64,000 nucleotides of DNA from Bordetella sp. (GCA_035493915.1 DATJHN010000201.1:325-64324), one strand, 5' to 3'. Counted from the first letter of the stretch, positions 19,424 through 29,441 are shown. Made by a program: numbers and translations. The notes: a model not told the origin generated them from the letters alone.

Positions 19424-21529
19424 ATGACAGCAGCATCTTCCGCCTTGCGTATCGCCGTGGACATCGGCGGGACGTTTACCGACGGCGTGGCCAGCCTTTC
19501 CGGCGACGGCCGCATCTGGGTCGGCAAGACGCCGACGACGCCTGACGATCCCGGCCAGGCTGTATCCAACGTGATTTTGGATCTGATCCGCCAGGTCGGA
19601 GAATCGCTCGGCGCGGCGCGGCCCCCGCTGGCCGAGGTCGTGCATGGCACGACGCTGGTCACCAATACGCTGATCGAGCGCAAGGGTGCGAAGACCGGGC
19701 TGGTAACCACTCACGGCATGAGCGATGCCCTGGATATCGGCCGCGAATGGCGCTACGACATCTATGACCTGGACATCGTGCTGCCCACGCCGCTGGTGCC
19801 GGCGGAACGCCGCATCGAAGCCCAGGAACGGCTGGGCGCGCAGGGCGAAGTCGCCACGCCGCTGATCGACGCCGAGCTGGACTGGCTGGTGGCCGCGGTG
19901 GATGGCTTGAACGTGCAATCGGTGGCGGTTTCGCTGCTGCATTCGTACGCCAACGACGAACACGAAGCGCGCATCCAGGCACGCCTGAAGGCGGCCCATC
20001 CCGGTATCGCCGTGTCCATTTCTTCCGCCATCGCGCCGGAAATCAACGAGTTCGAACGCACATCGACGACCGTGGCCAACGCCTACGTGAAGCCACTGGT
20101 TTCGGCATACCTGCGCGAGCTCGAATCCCGCATCGCCCGCATACAGCAAGGCACGCCGCTGCGCGTCATGGTGTCCAGCGGCGGCTTTACCAGCGCGGAC
20201 GCCGCGGCGGATACGCCTATCCTGCTGCTCGAATCGGGCCCGGCAGCCGGCGTGCTGTCCGCACTGAATACGGCTCGGCTCAACGGCGTGGAACGAGTGC
20301 TGGCCTTCGATATGGGCGGCACCACGGCCAAGGCCTGCGTGGCGGTTGACGGCGATCCGCCGGTGGCCCATCGTTTCGAATGCGCGCGCGTGGAGCGGTT
20401 CAAGCGCGGGTCCGGCCTGCCCATCCTGATTCCCAGCATCGAACTGATCGAGATCGGCGCGGGTGGCGGATCCATCGCGCATCGCAACAAGCTGGGGCTG
20501 CTGAACGTCGGCCCGGAATCGTCTGGCTCGGTGCCGGGCCCGGTGTGCTATGGCGGCGGCGGAACACAGGCCACCGTCACCGATGCCGACCTGTTGCTGG
20601 GCTATCTGAACGCCGACAATTTCCTGGGCGGCAAGATGCGGCTGGATGCCGCCGCGGCGCAGCGAGCGATGGAAGAACTGGCCGGACAGTTGGCGGTGCG
20701 CGGCATCGATGCGGCCTGGGGCATCTACAACATGGTCAACGAAAACATGGCCAGCGCCGCCCGCATCCATATCGCCGAAAACGGCCATGATCCACGCGAA
20801 TTCGCCATGGTGGCCACTGGCGGCGCCGGTCCCGTCCACGCGGTCGAAGTCGCCCGCAAGCTGCGCATCCCGCGCGTGCTGATTCCCATCGCGGCCGGCG
20901 CCGGATCCTGCCTGGGCATGCTGGCCGCCCCGGCCCGCGTCGATCGCGCCTGGTCGCGCCCGCGGCTACTGGCCGATACCGACTGGGGCGACGTCGCCGC
21001 GCGCCTGGCGGCGCTCAAACAGGAAGGCCAGGCCGAACTCGACGCGGCCGGCGCCACCGGCGTGCAATGGCGTATCGGCGCGGAGATGCGCTATGCGGGG
21101 CAAGGCGCGCAGGTCGCCGTATCGCTGCCCTATGGACCGCTGGACGACAACAGCACCGCCGCCTTCCAGGAGGCCTTCGAACGCAGCTACCAGCGGCTAT
21201 ATGGACGCCTGGTGCCGATGGCCAGGCCGGAAGTCATCACCTGGCGCCTGACGGGGCGTGCCAACGCCGAAAGCCGCCGCTTCGAATGGGGCGACGGACG
21301 GGTGCAGTCCGACCTGGTGCCGCGTGCGTCCCGGCCCATCTATCTGCCGCTGAAGCGTGCCTACGCACCCGTGCCGGTGTACGACCGCTACTCTGTTCCG
21401 CCCGGGCGGATCCTGCAGGGACCGCTGATCCTGGAAGAAAACGAATCGACCATCGTGGTCGCCGTCGCTGCCGAGGTCACCGCGCTTGCCGACCGCACCA
21501 TTTCCATCACGATCAAGGAATTCGAGTAA
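19424..21529 (+). CDS. Hydantoinase/oxoprolinase subunit A (ATP-dependent lactamase family)
   Basis: DIGGTFTD, HGTT..TN, ESGPAAG, DMGGTT, GAGGGSIA. Confidence 0.93.
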   Translation: MTAASSALRIAVDIGGTFTDGVASLSGDGRIWVGKTPTTPDDPGQAVSNVILDLIRQVGESLGAARPPLAEVVHGTTLVTNTLIERKGAKTGLVTTHGMSDALDIGREWRYDIYDLDIVLPTPLVPAERRIEAQERLGAQGEVATPLIDAELDWLVAAVDGLNVQSVAVSLLHSYANDEHEARIQARLKAAHPGIAVSISSAIAPEINEFERTSTTVANAYVKPLVSAYLRELESRIARIQQGTPLRVMVSSGGFTSADAAADTPILLLESGPAAGVLSALNTARLNGVERVLAFDMGGTTAKACVAVDGDPPVAHRFECARVERFKRGSGLPILIPSIELIEIGAGGGSIAHRNKLGLLNVGPESSGSVPGPVCYGGGGTQATVTDADLLLGYLNADNFLGGKMRLDAAAAQRAMEELAGQLAVRGIDAAWGIYNMVNENMASAARIHIAENGHDPREFAMVATGGAGPVHAVEVARKLRIPRVLIPIAAGAGSCLGMLAAPARVDRAWSRPRLLADTDWGDVAARLAALKQEGQAELDAAGATGVQWRIGAEMRYAGQGAQVAVSLPYGPLDDNSTAAFQEAFERSYQRLYGRLVPMARPEVITWRLTGRANAESRRFEWGDGRVQSDLVPRASRPIYLPLKRAYAPVPVYDRYSVPPGRILQGPLILEENESTIVVAVAAEVTALADRTISITIKEFE

Positions 21530-23118
21530 TGGACACGTCCAATCATCCCGGATCGCGCTTCGATGCGATCGAACTGGAAATACTCTGGAAACGCCTGATC
21601 AGCGTGGTCGACGAAGCGTCCGCCGCCTTCGTGCGCACCTGCTTTTCCACACTGGTGCGCGACGGCAACGACTTTGCCATCGTGCTGACCGATGCGCAGG
21701 GACGCTCGCTGGCCCAGTCGACCATGAGCCTGCCGGGCTTTATCGGCTGCCTGCCGGCCACCGTGCGGCATTTCCTGGACAAGTATCCCGCCGCGACCAT
21801 GAAGCCCGGCGATGTATTCATCACCAACGATCCCTGGAAGGGTTCCGGGCATATCCACGACGTCACCACCGCCACGCCCATATTCCATCGCGGCAAATTG
21901 ACCGCCTTCGCCGCCGTGGTGTCGCATCTGCCCGACATCGGCGGCAAGCTGCGCAGCAACAGCAGCCGCGAAATCTATGAGGAAGGGCTGCAGATTCCCA
22001 TGATGAAGCTGTTGGACGACGGCCAGCCCAACCAGGTGCTGATCGACATGATCGTCCAGAATATCCGCGTGCCGGAACAGGGCATGGGCGATATCTGGGC
22101 GCAGGTATCGGCCTGCCGAACCATGGGCGATCGGCTGCAGGGCCTGCTGGAAGCGGTCAGCCTGGAAGACCTGGGCGCGGCCGTGCGCGAGCGGTCGGAA
22201 AAGGCCATGCGCGAAGCCATCCGCCGCCTGCCCGACGGCGTCTATCGGTCTACCGTGCAGCACGACGGCTTCGAGTCGCCCATCATGATCGAATGCGCGC
22301 TGACGGTGGATGGCGACCGCATCGACATCGACTATGCCGGTACCAGCGCGCAGCTGCCGCGCGCGCTGAACGTCGTGCCCATCTACACCTTCGCGTATAC
22401 CGTCTACGGGCTCAAGGCGCTGCTGTGTCCGGAGATCCCCAATAACGAAGGCAGCTTTCTGCCCATCTCGACCAAGGCGCCGCTGGGCTCCCTGCTGAAT
22501 CCAGTCTATCCGGCTGCATCCGGCGGGCGCAGCGCCATCGGCCACCTGTTGCCGGCGGCTGTCTTCAAGGCCCTGGCCGATGTATTGCCCGACAAGGTAT
22601 GGGCGTCCGGCTCGCCCAACTCGTCCATGACCATGTCCGGCGCGCATGGCGGCAAGCGCTTTGCCGTCGTCAACTTCCTGAATGCGGGGCAGGGCGCCAC
22701 CGCGCGCCGCGAGGGCTATTCGGCGATCAGTTTCCCGGGCAACCTGGGCAACACGCCCGTCGAGATGATGGAAAGTTTGGCGCCCATACGCGTCCTGCGG
22801 CGGCAGATACGCCGCGGCAGTGGCGGGCGCGGCGTGCACGACGGTGGCTGCGGCATCAGTTTCGAATACGAAATACTGCCCGGCGCCACCGACGTTACCG
22901 CCTCGTTCCTGATGACCCAGATGAAATCGGCCCCCGCCGGGCTGATGGGCGGCGGCTCCGGCCTGCCGGGCCGCCTGCTGCTGAACGGCGAGCCCATCGA
23001 TCCCACCGAGCCGCGCGTGCTCAAGCCGGGTGACCGCGTACTCATGGAAACGGCGGGCGGTGGCGCGCATGGCCGTCCGGACACCGAACTATCCCCACAA
23101 CAAGGTATTGCCCAATGA
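21529..23118 (+). CDS. Hydantoinase/oxoprolinase subunit B
   Basis: PGDVFITNDPW..SGHIHD, HLPDIGG, EIYEEG, NTPVE, ETAGGG. Confidence 0.93.
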   Translation: MDTSNHPGSRFDAIELEILWKRLISVVDEASAAFVRTCFSTLVRDGNDFAIVLTDAQGRSLAQSTMSLPGFIGCLPATVRHFLDKYPAATMKPGDVFITNDPWKGSGHIHDVTTATPIFHRGKLTAFAAVVSHLPDIGGKLRSNSSREIYEEGLQIPMMKLLDDGQPNQVLIDMIVQNIRVPEQGMGDIWAQVSACRTMGDRLQGLLEAVSLEDLGAAVRERSEKAMREAIRRLPDGVYRSTVQHDGFESPIMIECALTVDGDRIDIDYAGTSAQLPRALNVVPIYTFAYTVYGLKALLCPEIPNNEGSFLPISTKAPLGSLLNPVYPAASGGRSAIGHLLPAAVFKALADVLPDKVWASGSPNSSMTMSGAHGGKRFAVVNFLNAGQGATARREGYSAISFPGNLGNTPVEMMESLAPIRVLRRQIRRGSGGRGVHDGGCGISFEYEILPGATDVTASFLMTQMKSAPAGLMGGGSGLPGRLLLNGEPIDPTEPRVLKPGDRVLMETAGGGAHGRPDTELSPQQGIAQ

Positions 23119-23474
23119 CCACGACCCACGATTTCACCCGCATCGACCAGAACCATCGGCGCAGCCGCGCCATCGTCCACAACGGGCTGGTTTATCTGTC
23201 GGGACAGGTTCCCGACGATATGGGGGCCGACATCGCCGAACAGACGCGGCAGGTGTTGTCCAAAATAGATGCCTTGCTGAAGGAAGCAGGCACCGACAAG
23301 ACGCGCGTCCTGACCGCGCAGGTCTGGATCCGCACCATGGACGATCTTGCCGGCATGAACGCGGTATGGGATGCCTGGGTGGCGCCCGGCCAGACGCCCA
23401 CGCGCTGCTGCGGGCGTGTCGAACTGAACAACCCGTCCTGCCGGGTCGAAATCACGGTGACCGCCGCGCTTTGA
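23115..23474 (+). CDS. RidA/YjgF-family protein (YoaB-like)
   Basis: SRAIVHNGLVYLSGQV, MNAVWDAWV..G..PTR, VEI. Confidence 0.9.
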   Translation: MTTTHDFTRIDQNHRRSRAIVHNGLVYLSGQVPDDMGADIAEQTRQVLSKIDALLKEAGTDKTRVLTAQVWIRTMDDLAGMNAVWDAWVAPGQTPTRCCGRVELNNPSCRVEITVTAAL

Positions 23475-23667
23475 CGGCGGCAGGGGGCGCACGGCCGCCC
23501 CAAGGAAGTCGATGCAACGGCGATCGGCTAGGCGTTCGTCCGCTACCGGATGCGGTTGCTGCCTGGTATCTGACCCGGCGCCCGCTCGGTATCGGCGTGG
23601 CGCCCGTTTAATTTAATATCGGTCGTTCACCCGTTCTGGCCACGCTTTTGCGACCCTCGACGCCGAT

Positions 23668-24648
23668 ATGCCGGTAAAAATCACCCTACGCCATCTACGC
23701 TGCTTCGCGGCGGTCGCGGAAACCGGTTCGTTTACCCTGGCCGCCGCCCGCCTGTTCCAGACACAGTCGTCCCTGACCGCCACCATCCAGCAGTTTGAAG
23801 AGGTGGTCGGACTCAAGCTATTCGACCGCACCACGCGCCGGGTCGACCTGACCGACGACGCCGTCCGCTTCAAGGCCGTGGCCGACCGCGTGCTGCGCGA
23901 TTTCGACGATGCCATCGAGGACTTGAAGGCCGTCGCCAAGAGCCAGCGCGGCCACGTCAGCATCGCCGCGGTGCCGTCGATGATCGAACATCTGTTGACG
24001 CCCGCGCTGACCGCCTTTCGCCGCGACTATCCGGCCATCACCATATCGGTACGCGATGCGGGATCTGACAAAATAGAACGCGATGTCCTGGACGGCGCGG
24101 CGGATTTCGGCATTGCCAGCCCGCTGAACAACTACCCGGAGCTGGATTACGCGCCGATCCTGAATGATCGCTTCGGCGTGGTCTTTCCCGACGGCCATCC
24201 GCTGCAGCGTGCGCGCGATCCCATTGCCTGGGCCGCCCTGGCCGCCTATGAACAGATCGGGTTGGATGCGAATACCGGCATCGGGGCCTTTCTGGATGCC
24301 AGGCCTGAATTGGGATTGAGCGACAAATCGGCATCGCAGGACCATGCATCCAGCACGGCATCGCTATACGCCATGCTTAGCCTGGGCGGCAAGATCGCGG
24401 TGCTGCCCGAACTGGCGGCAACCACCGGCCCGCTGGCGCGCTTCCATTTCCGCCCGCTGCATGAGCCGGCCATCACACTGCCGATCTGCCTGATCACGCG
24501 TCACCTTCGTTCATTCTCGGTGAATTCGCGGCGCATGCTGGATGCGCTGATGGCCACGATCCGCGAAGCGGGGCATGCCGGCGGCACGGCTGATCAGGGT
24601 GGGCGGCGCCGGCCGGCCAAGACGGTCCGGCGCGTGGCGCCGCGTTAA
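23668..24648 (+). CDS. LysR-family regulator
   Basis: LRHLRCFAAVAETGSFTLAA...LFDRTTR. Confidence 0.93.
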   Translation: MPVKITLRHLRCFAAVAETGSFTLAAARLFQTQSSLTATIQQFEEVVGLKLFDRTTRRVDLTDDAVRFKAVADRVLRDFDDAIEDLKAVAKSQRGHVSIAAVPSMIEHLLTPALTAFRRDYPAITISVRDAGSDKIERDVLDGAADFGIASPLNNYPELDYAPILNDRFGVVFPDGHPLQRARDPIAWAALAAYEQIGLDANTGIGAFLDARPELGLSDKSASQDHASSTASLYAMLSLGGKIAVLPELAATTGPLARFHFRPLHEPAITLPICLITRHLRSFSVNSRRMLDALMATIREAGHAGGTADQGGRRRPAKTVRRVAPR

Positions 24649-24711
24649 GTTGCGTTGATCCGTGCGTTCATCCGCGCTGCGCCCATCTGCGTCAAGGCAG
24701 TCTGCCTTGCG

Positions 24712-25686
24712 CTAGTCGACCTTGATATTCGCGTCGACAACCACCTTGCGCCACAGCTCCATATCCTGCTTGATGACCTTGCCGTAATCGGCCGATGCCT
24801 TGATCGTCGGCGTGACGCCCAGCGCCGACAGCTTCTGCTGGACGTCTGGCCGGGCGGCGATTTTGACCAATGCTTCGTGGATGCGGTCGGCGCGCTGCGG
24901 GTCCGTGCCGGCGGGCGCGATGATGCCCCACCAGTTCAGCACGTTCACGCCGGGATAGCCCAGTTCGTCGAAAGTGGGGATATCCGGAAAATCGGCCATG
25001 CGCTGCGGCGCCGCCACGGCCAGCGCGCGCAATTGATGGGTGGCCACCAGCGGCATGCCGGACGCCGTACTGCCGAACGTGGCATCGACGTGCCTGGCGA
25101 TAGTGTCGGTCATCGCCGGCCCGGAACCGCGGTAGGGCACGCTGACGATATTCAGGCTGGTCTTCAGGCGCAGCAGCTCCGCCCCCAGGTGGCCCAGCGA
25201 GCCGGGGCCGGCATTGGCGATATTCAGCGGGCGGTTCTTGCCTTCCGCCAGGAAGTCCTTCAAGGACAGGCTGGCGCCGGCGTCCGGCACGAACAGGACG
25301 AAGGGCGCCGAGCCGACCATGCCCATGGGGGTGTAGTCCTTGACCGGATCGTAGCCGGCGGCGGGACCATGTTCGGCGGCGTTCAGTACCAGGGCGACAT
25401 CGGCCAGCATGACGGTATAGCCATCGTGCGGCGCGCGCGTCATATACGTCGCCGCGATGGCCGTATTGGCCCCGGCGCGATTCGACACGATGATGTTCAC
25501 GCCCAGTTCCTGCTGCAGATAGGGCGCCAGCGTCCTGGCGATGACGTCGGACGCGCCGCCGGGCGCGTATGGGACGACCAGGTCGATCGGCCGCGACGGA
25601 TAGGTCTCGGCGCGCGCGGGCGCGCCGCCGATTGCCGCCAGCGCCAGGCAAGCCACGCCCAGCGCTCGAATCAAGCCTTTAGCCAT
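24712..25686 (-). CDS. Bug/TctC tripartite tricarboxylate transporter substrate-binding protein
   Basis: Signal peptide, YPSRPIDLVVPYAPGGASD, VPYRGSGPA, PTFDELG. Confidence 0.93.
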   Translation of the reverse strand: MAKGLIRALGVACLALAAIGGAPARAETYPSRPIDLVVPYAPGGASDVIARTLAPYLQQELGVNIIVSNRAGANTAIAATYMTRAPHDGYTVMLADVALVLNAAEHGPAAGYDPVKDYTPMGMVGSAPFVLFVPDAGASLSLKDFLAEGKNRPLNIANAGPGSLGHLGAELLRLKTSLNIVSVPYRGSGPAMTDTIARHVDATFGSTASGMPLVATHQLRALAVAAPQRMADFPDIPTFDELGYPGVNVLNWWGIIAPAGTDPQRADRIHEALVKIAARPDVQQKLSALGVTPTIKASADYGKVIKQDMELWRKVVVDANIKVD

Positions 25687-25776
25687 TCGAGTTCCCCTTG
25701 ATATTGGCATTCTTCGGTCGCCGCCGACAGAGCGGCGCCATGCTTGACGAAGATCATAGGGAGCCCGCGGCTGCCC

Positions 25777-25821
25777 GACAAATAGCTAGTATTTGTGGAT
25801 TATTGTCCTTTGGCGATATAT
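25777..25821 (-). promoter_or_regulatory. Operator-like motif upstream of the Bug gene (copy 2)
   Basis: ACAAATA-CTAGC-TATTTGT dyad; 32/45 identity to 19271-19315. Confidence 0.65.
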
Positions 25822-25829
25822 GCGTGGCT

Positions 25830-26090
25830 GGGCTTCCTCATGGCGCACGCCATGATGCCGGCGGTCGTCACCTTGCCGACATACAAGGGCGCGGCGGCCA
25901 GTCTCTGGATGGCCCCGCACCATGGGGCGCGCCACGGGCGGCAGTCGCGGCGGGCTTCGTCGATATCCTTGCGGCCGCGGTTGTGATGGGCCAGGGTCAG
26001 GTCATGCACGGCCCACAAGTCATCGATGATGCCTTTCATCGTTTCCGACAGCGTGTCATACGCCAGGTACATATTGGCGAACATCGCATA
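25830..26090 (-). pseudogene. TauD/TfdA-family dioxygenase internal fragment with frameshifts (boundaries approximate)
   Basis: FANMYLAYDTLS...LWAVHD in one frame, PPVARPMVRGHPETGRRAL in a shifted frame, then back to LYVG; N- and C-termini missing. Confidence 0.75.
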
Positions 26091-26374
26091 TGCCATTTAA
26101 CTTTAATACTATAACGTATGTATATGATAAATATAAATATTATTCATACATATGGCAATGCAAATGGAAGCGGAGCCGCTATCGCACAGGCAAGGCCGCG
26201 TTGTTTGGAAATTCCCTTAACCGCCAGGTTTCGGGGGTCTTTCCCCCCTTTTTACAGCCGTTGACCGCGCGATCGCCTTACTAGAATTGAGCATCCCGTC
26301 GATGCGCCCGCAACGCCGCGGGATCCGGCTGGCCTTGTGGCCTGGTCCGTTCGCCTTCCATGGGCCCCAATTCA

Positions 26375-27286
26375 ATGAATGCTTCGACCCTGATCGGTAT
26401 CGCCGTCGCCATCGCGACCCTGGCCGCCGCGATTTTCAGCTCTTCGCCTGACGCGCTCGCCTTCATCAATTTGCCCGGGCTGGGCATCGTGCTGGGCGGT
26501 ACGGCCGCGGCGCTGTTCATCGGCTATCCGATGACGGAAGTGCGCCGCATCGTCCCGCTGCTGCGGCTGGTGTTCCGCAACGAAAAAGTGGATACGCAGC
26601 GCGACATCGACGAACTGGTCGCGCTGGCGCACAGCTGGGTGGGTTCGGACGTGCATAGCGTCGAACGGGAACTGCAGAAGGTGACCAATCCCTTCCTGCG
26701 CACGGGCGTTCAGTTGATCATCGACAACACGCCGGAAGAACAGATCGTCGAGTTGCTGCAATGGCGCATCGCCCGGATGCGCGCGCGCGAGCAGGCCGAG
26801 GCACAGATGTTCCGCACCATGGCCAGCTTCGCGCCGGCTTTCGGCATGCTGGCAACGCTGATCGGCCTGGTCAACCTGATGACGGTGCTGGGCTCGCAGG
26901 GCATGGACGTAATCGGCAAGCAAATGGGTATCGCGCTGATCGCCACGTTCTACGGCATCCTGCTGGCCAACCTGATCTGCAAGCCCATCGCCATCAAGCT
27001 GGAGCGCCGCACCGAACAGCGCCTGGTACTGATGAACATGGTGCTGCAAGGCATCTCCATGATGTGCGAACGGCGCGGACCGGCGGTGGTGCGCGAGACG
27101 CTCAATTCCTTCATGCAGCACTTCGAGGATGAAATCCGCGAGCAGCCGCCCAAGAAGAAGGGCAAGCAGTCCAAGGCCGCCGCCGTTGCACAGGGCACGC
27201 AGCGCGCCGCCCCGTCCATGGGCAGTCCGGCGGCAGCAGGTGACGCGGCGTCCCTGCGCAACCGGGTCACCTCGCAGCGCTCATGA
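26375..27286 (+). CDS. motA: MotA/PomA-family stator subunit
   Basis: FINLPGLGIVLGGT, APAFGMLATLIGL, ALIATFYG..LANL; extended C-terminal tail. Confidence 0.88.
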   Translation: MNASTLIGIAVAIATLAAAIFSSSPDALAFINLPGLGIVLGGTAAALFIGYPMTEVRRIVPLLRLVFRNEKVDTQRDIDELVALAHSWVGSDVHSVERELQKVTNPFLRTGVQLIIDNTPEEQIVELLQWRIARMRAREQAEAQMFRTMASFAPAFGMLATLIGLVNLMTVLGSQGMDVIGKQMGIALIATFYGILLANLICKPIAIKLERRTEQRLVLMNMVLQGISMMCERRGPAVVRETLNSFMQHFEDEIREQPPKKKGKQSKAAAVAQGTQRAAPSMGSPAAAGDAASLRNRVTSQRS

Positions 27287-28167
27287 GCTCCACCAACCAG
27301 TCGCGCGCGTCCTGGATAGACATCGCCGTACAGCGCAAGGCGGAGGACGAACGCCAGCGCCGCGAGCGTACCAAGACGGTACGGCGCAACCGCTACCAGC
27401 GCTGGCACGTTCCCGAAACCTTGGACAGGGAGCCGGACAACTGGCTGATGACCTATCTGGACCTGATTACGCTGCTGCTGGCGCTGTTCGTGGTCATGCT
27501 GGCGTTGACGCGTATCGGCCCGGGGCCGGGCGCCAAGCCGCCTGAGGTGGCCGCCGGCGTCAGCCTGGCCAAGCTGCCACCGGGCCCCGTGGAGCCGTGG
27601 GCGAACGACTTGCCCAAGATTCCGGAGGAATGGTCCAGGTTGCCCGATCCCCCGCCCGCGCCGCCCGCCACCACGGCGCCGGCCGACCCGCTGGAAAAAC
27701 CCGAGCCGCCGGTCAAAATGCCGACCGCCGCCGAACTGGGCCTGACTGATCTGGGCAAATCGGTCGACGTACAGATCAATCGCCAGACGGTCACTTTCCG
27801 CATCAGCAACGAGCTGCTGTTCACCTCCGGACAGGCCACGTTGAGCAAGGAAGGCGGGCCGTTGATCAAGAAGCTGGCCGACGTGATCAACCGCAGCAAG
27901 TTCCCCCTGTCGGTGGAAGGACATAGCGACAACGTCCCCATCCTGACGCGCCAGTTCGCGTCCAACTGGGACCTGTCGACCAGCCGCGCCACGTCCGTGC
28001 TGCGCGAACTGGTCCATGACGGTGTCGATCCGCAACGCTTGCGCGCGGTGGGCTACGCGGATACCAAGCCGCTGGAAAGCAATGACACGCCGGCGGGCAA
28101 GGCGGCCAACCGCCGCGTGGAGCTGATCATGCGCATCGTGCCCGAGAAGAAGGATTCGGGGCAGTGA
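27283..28167 (+). CDS. motB: MotB/OmpA-domain stator subunit
   Basis: WLMTYLDLITLLLALFVV (conserved Asp TM), Pro-rich linker, EGHSD, SNWDLS..RA, NRRVE. Confidence 0.9.
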   Translation: MSSTNQSRASWIDIAVQRKAEDERQRRERTKTVRRNRYQRWHVPETLDREPDNWLMTYLDLITLLLALFVVMLALTRIGPGPGAKPPEVAAGVSLAKLPPGPVEPWANDLPKIPEEWSRLPDPPPAPPATTAPADPLEKPEPPVKMPTAAELGLTDLGKSVDVQINRQTVTFRISNELLFTSGQATLSKEGGPLIKKLADVINRSKFPLSVEGHSDNVPILTRQFASNWDLSTSRATSVLRELVHDGVDPQRLRAVGYADTKPLESNDTPAGKAANRRVELIMRIVPEKKDSGQ

Positions 28168-29441
28168 TGTTCCCGCTGGGGCGCGGCACATCGACCGTGT
28201 CGCGCCTGCCGGCGCGCCGGTCCATCGTGCAGTGGTTCTTGGCCCTCGGGCCCGTGGCGACACGGACCGCGGCACGAGACGCGACGCGGCGGGCCGTGGC
28301 GGTGACCGCATTGGTCTGCCTGGCGGCGCTGCATGACGACGCGTCGGCGGCAGCGCAATCCGAGATCTTCCTGGATCCAGCCCCCGCGGCCGACACAGTG
28401 GCTCCCCTGGAGACATACCCGACCGTGCAGGGGCGCTTCCTGGGCTATGTCGAGAATGCAAATTTCTTCGGCGTGAAGGGGCCCGGCGCCACGGGCCTGC
28501 CGTCGTCGTGGCATACCGTGGATCCCTTTCTGCAGGGCGCGGCCGTGGCCCGCCTGTCGCAGCGCTGGACCCTGTCGGGACTGGCCGAACTACGCGCCTT
28601 CGGCAACGATCCGGGCGACCGCGCTTTCGAAACCCTGGATGGACAGCTGCGCAACCTGTTCGTCAGCTATGACGCCGGCAGCATGTCGTATTTCGCCGGC
28701 AAGTTCGAAGTCGGCCTGGGCGAAGCCTGGGAAACGATGGATGGCATCTATAGCGGCTTTTCCAGCGACTACTACTATCCCGGCTCGCTGGGCGCGGGCG
28801 CCAAGTGGACCCTGAAGCAGCCCGATGCGGCCACGCAAACCGTAAGCGCCATCGTGTTCAAGCGCGACAACACGGTCGTGGGCCAGACCTGGTTCAACAA
28901 CTATCCATCGCAGCCGAACCTGCAGGACGGCGGCCCGGGCAACACCAACGGCCTGCAATCGGGCGGCATCGCCTACGACATTTCCAATATCCCGGGCCTG
29001 GCCGGATTGCGGGCAGGCGGCACGGTGGCCCAGCTTGCCGCCGGACAAGGCGACCAGCGCTCGCAGACCGCGCTGGAAATGCACGTCAATTACGAAAGGC
29101 CGCTGGGCGACGGCATGGGCCTGCGCTTGTTCGCCGAGTCCGTGCATATGCGCGGCTTTCTGGGCCGCGAGGCGGCGGCCACCGATTCCATCGCCGCGGC
29201 CAGCGTATCGTCGGGCCGCTTTCTATACACGGTTGCCGTGGCCCAGCGCAATCTGGAATCGCTGAGCGGATCGCTGGCCAGCCAGGGCTTTGCCGACAAC
29301 CGCGATTGGGGCGTGTCCGGCACGGTGGCGTACCAGACGGATTTCGGCGTGATCATCCAGGCGGGATTGCTGCGCCAGCAGGAGCAGGGCGTGACATTCA
29401 ACCAGGGCCTGGTGCGGTTCATTTATCAAACCAATCTATAA
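28164..29441 (+). CDS. Hypothetical exported protein, probable outer-membrane beta-barrel (start uncertain)
   Basis: Signal-like segment ending ASAAA; mature part rich in Gly and aromatics with alternating amphipathic strands (FAGKFEVGLG, VSGTVAYQT, GLVRFIYQ). Confidence 0.55.
   Translation: MMFPLGRGTSTVSRLPARRSIVQWFLALGPVATRTAARDATRRAVAVTALVCLAALHDDASAAAQSEIFLDPAPAADTVAPLETYPTVQGRFLGYVENANFFGVKGPGATGLPSSWHTVDPFLQGAAVARLSQRWTLSGLAELRAFGNDPGDRAFETLDGQLRNLFVSYDAGSMSYFAGKFEVGLGEAWETMDGIYSGFSSDYYYPGSLGAGAKWTLKQPDAATQTVSAIVFKRDNTVVGQTWFNNYPSQPNLQDGGPGNTNGLQSGGIAYDISNIPGLAGLRAGGTVAQLAAGQGDQRSQTALEMHVNYERPLGDGMGLRLFAESVHMRGFLGREAAATDSIAAASVSSGRFLYTVAVAQRNLESLSGSLASQGFADNRDWGVSGTVAYQTDFGVIIQAGLLRQQEQGVTFNQGLVRFIYQTNL

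Noticed and set aside
23637-23651. Sigma-54-like TGGC-N7-TTGC upstream of the LysR gene
   Set aside because: Spacing fits but the -24 match is imperfect, it would leave almost no leader, and no enhancer-binding protein is nearby; likely chance
26261-26287. TTGACC-N15-TAGAAT sigma-70-like promoter before motA
   Set aside because: The 15-nt spacer is suboptimal and cannot be supported without TSS data
26375-28167. Zorya (ZorAB) anti-phage system
   Set aside because: The A subunit is ordinary MotA length without the long ZorA tail, and no ZorC/D/E helicase or nuclease genes are adjacent
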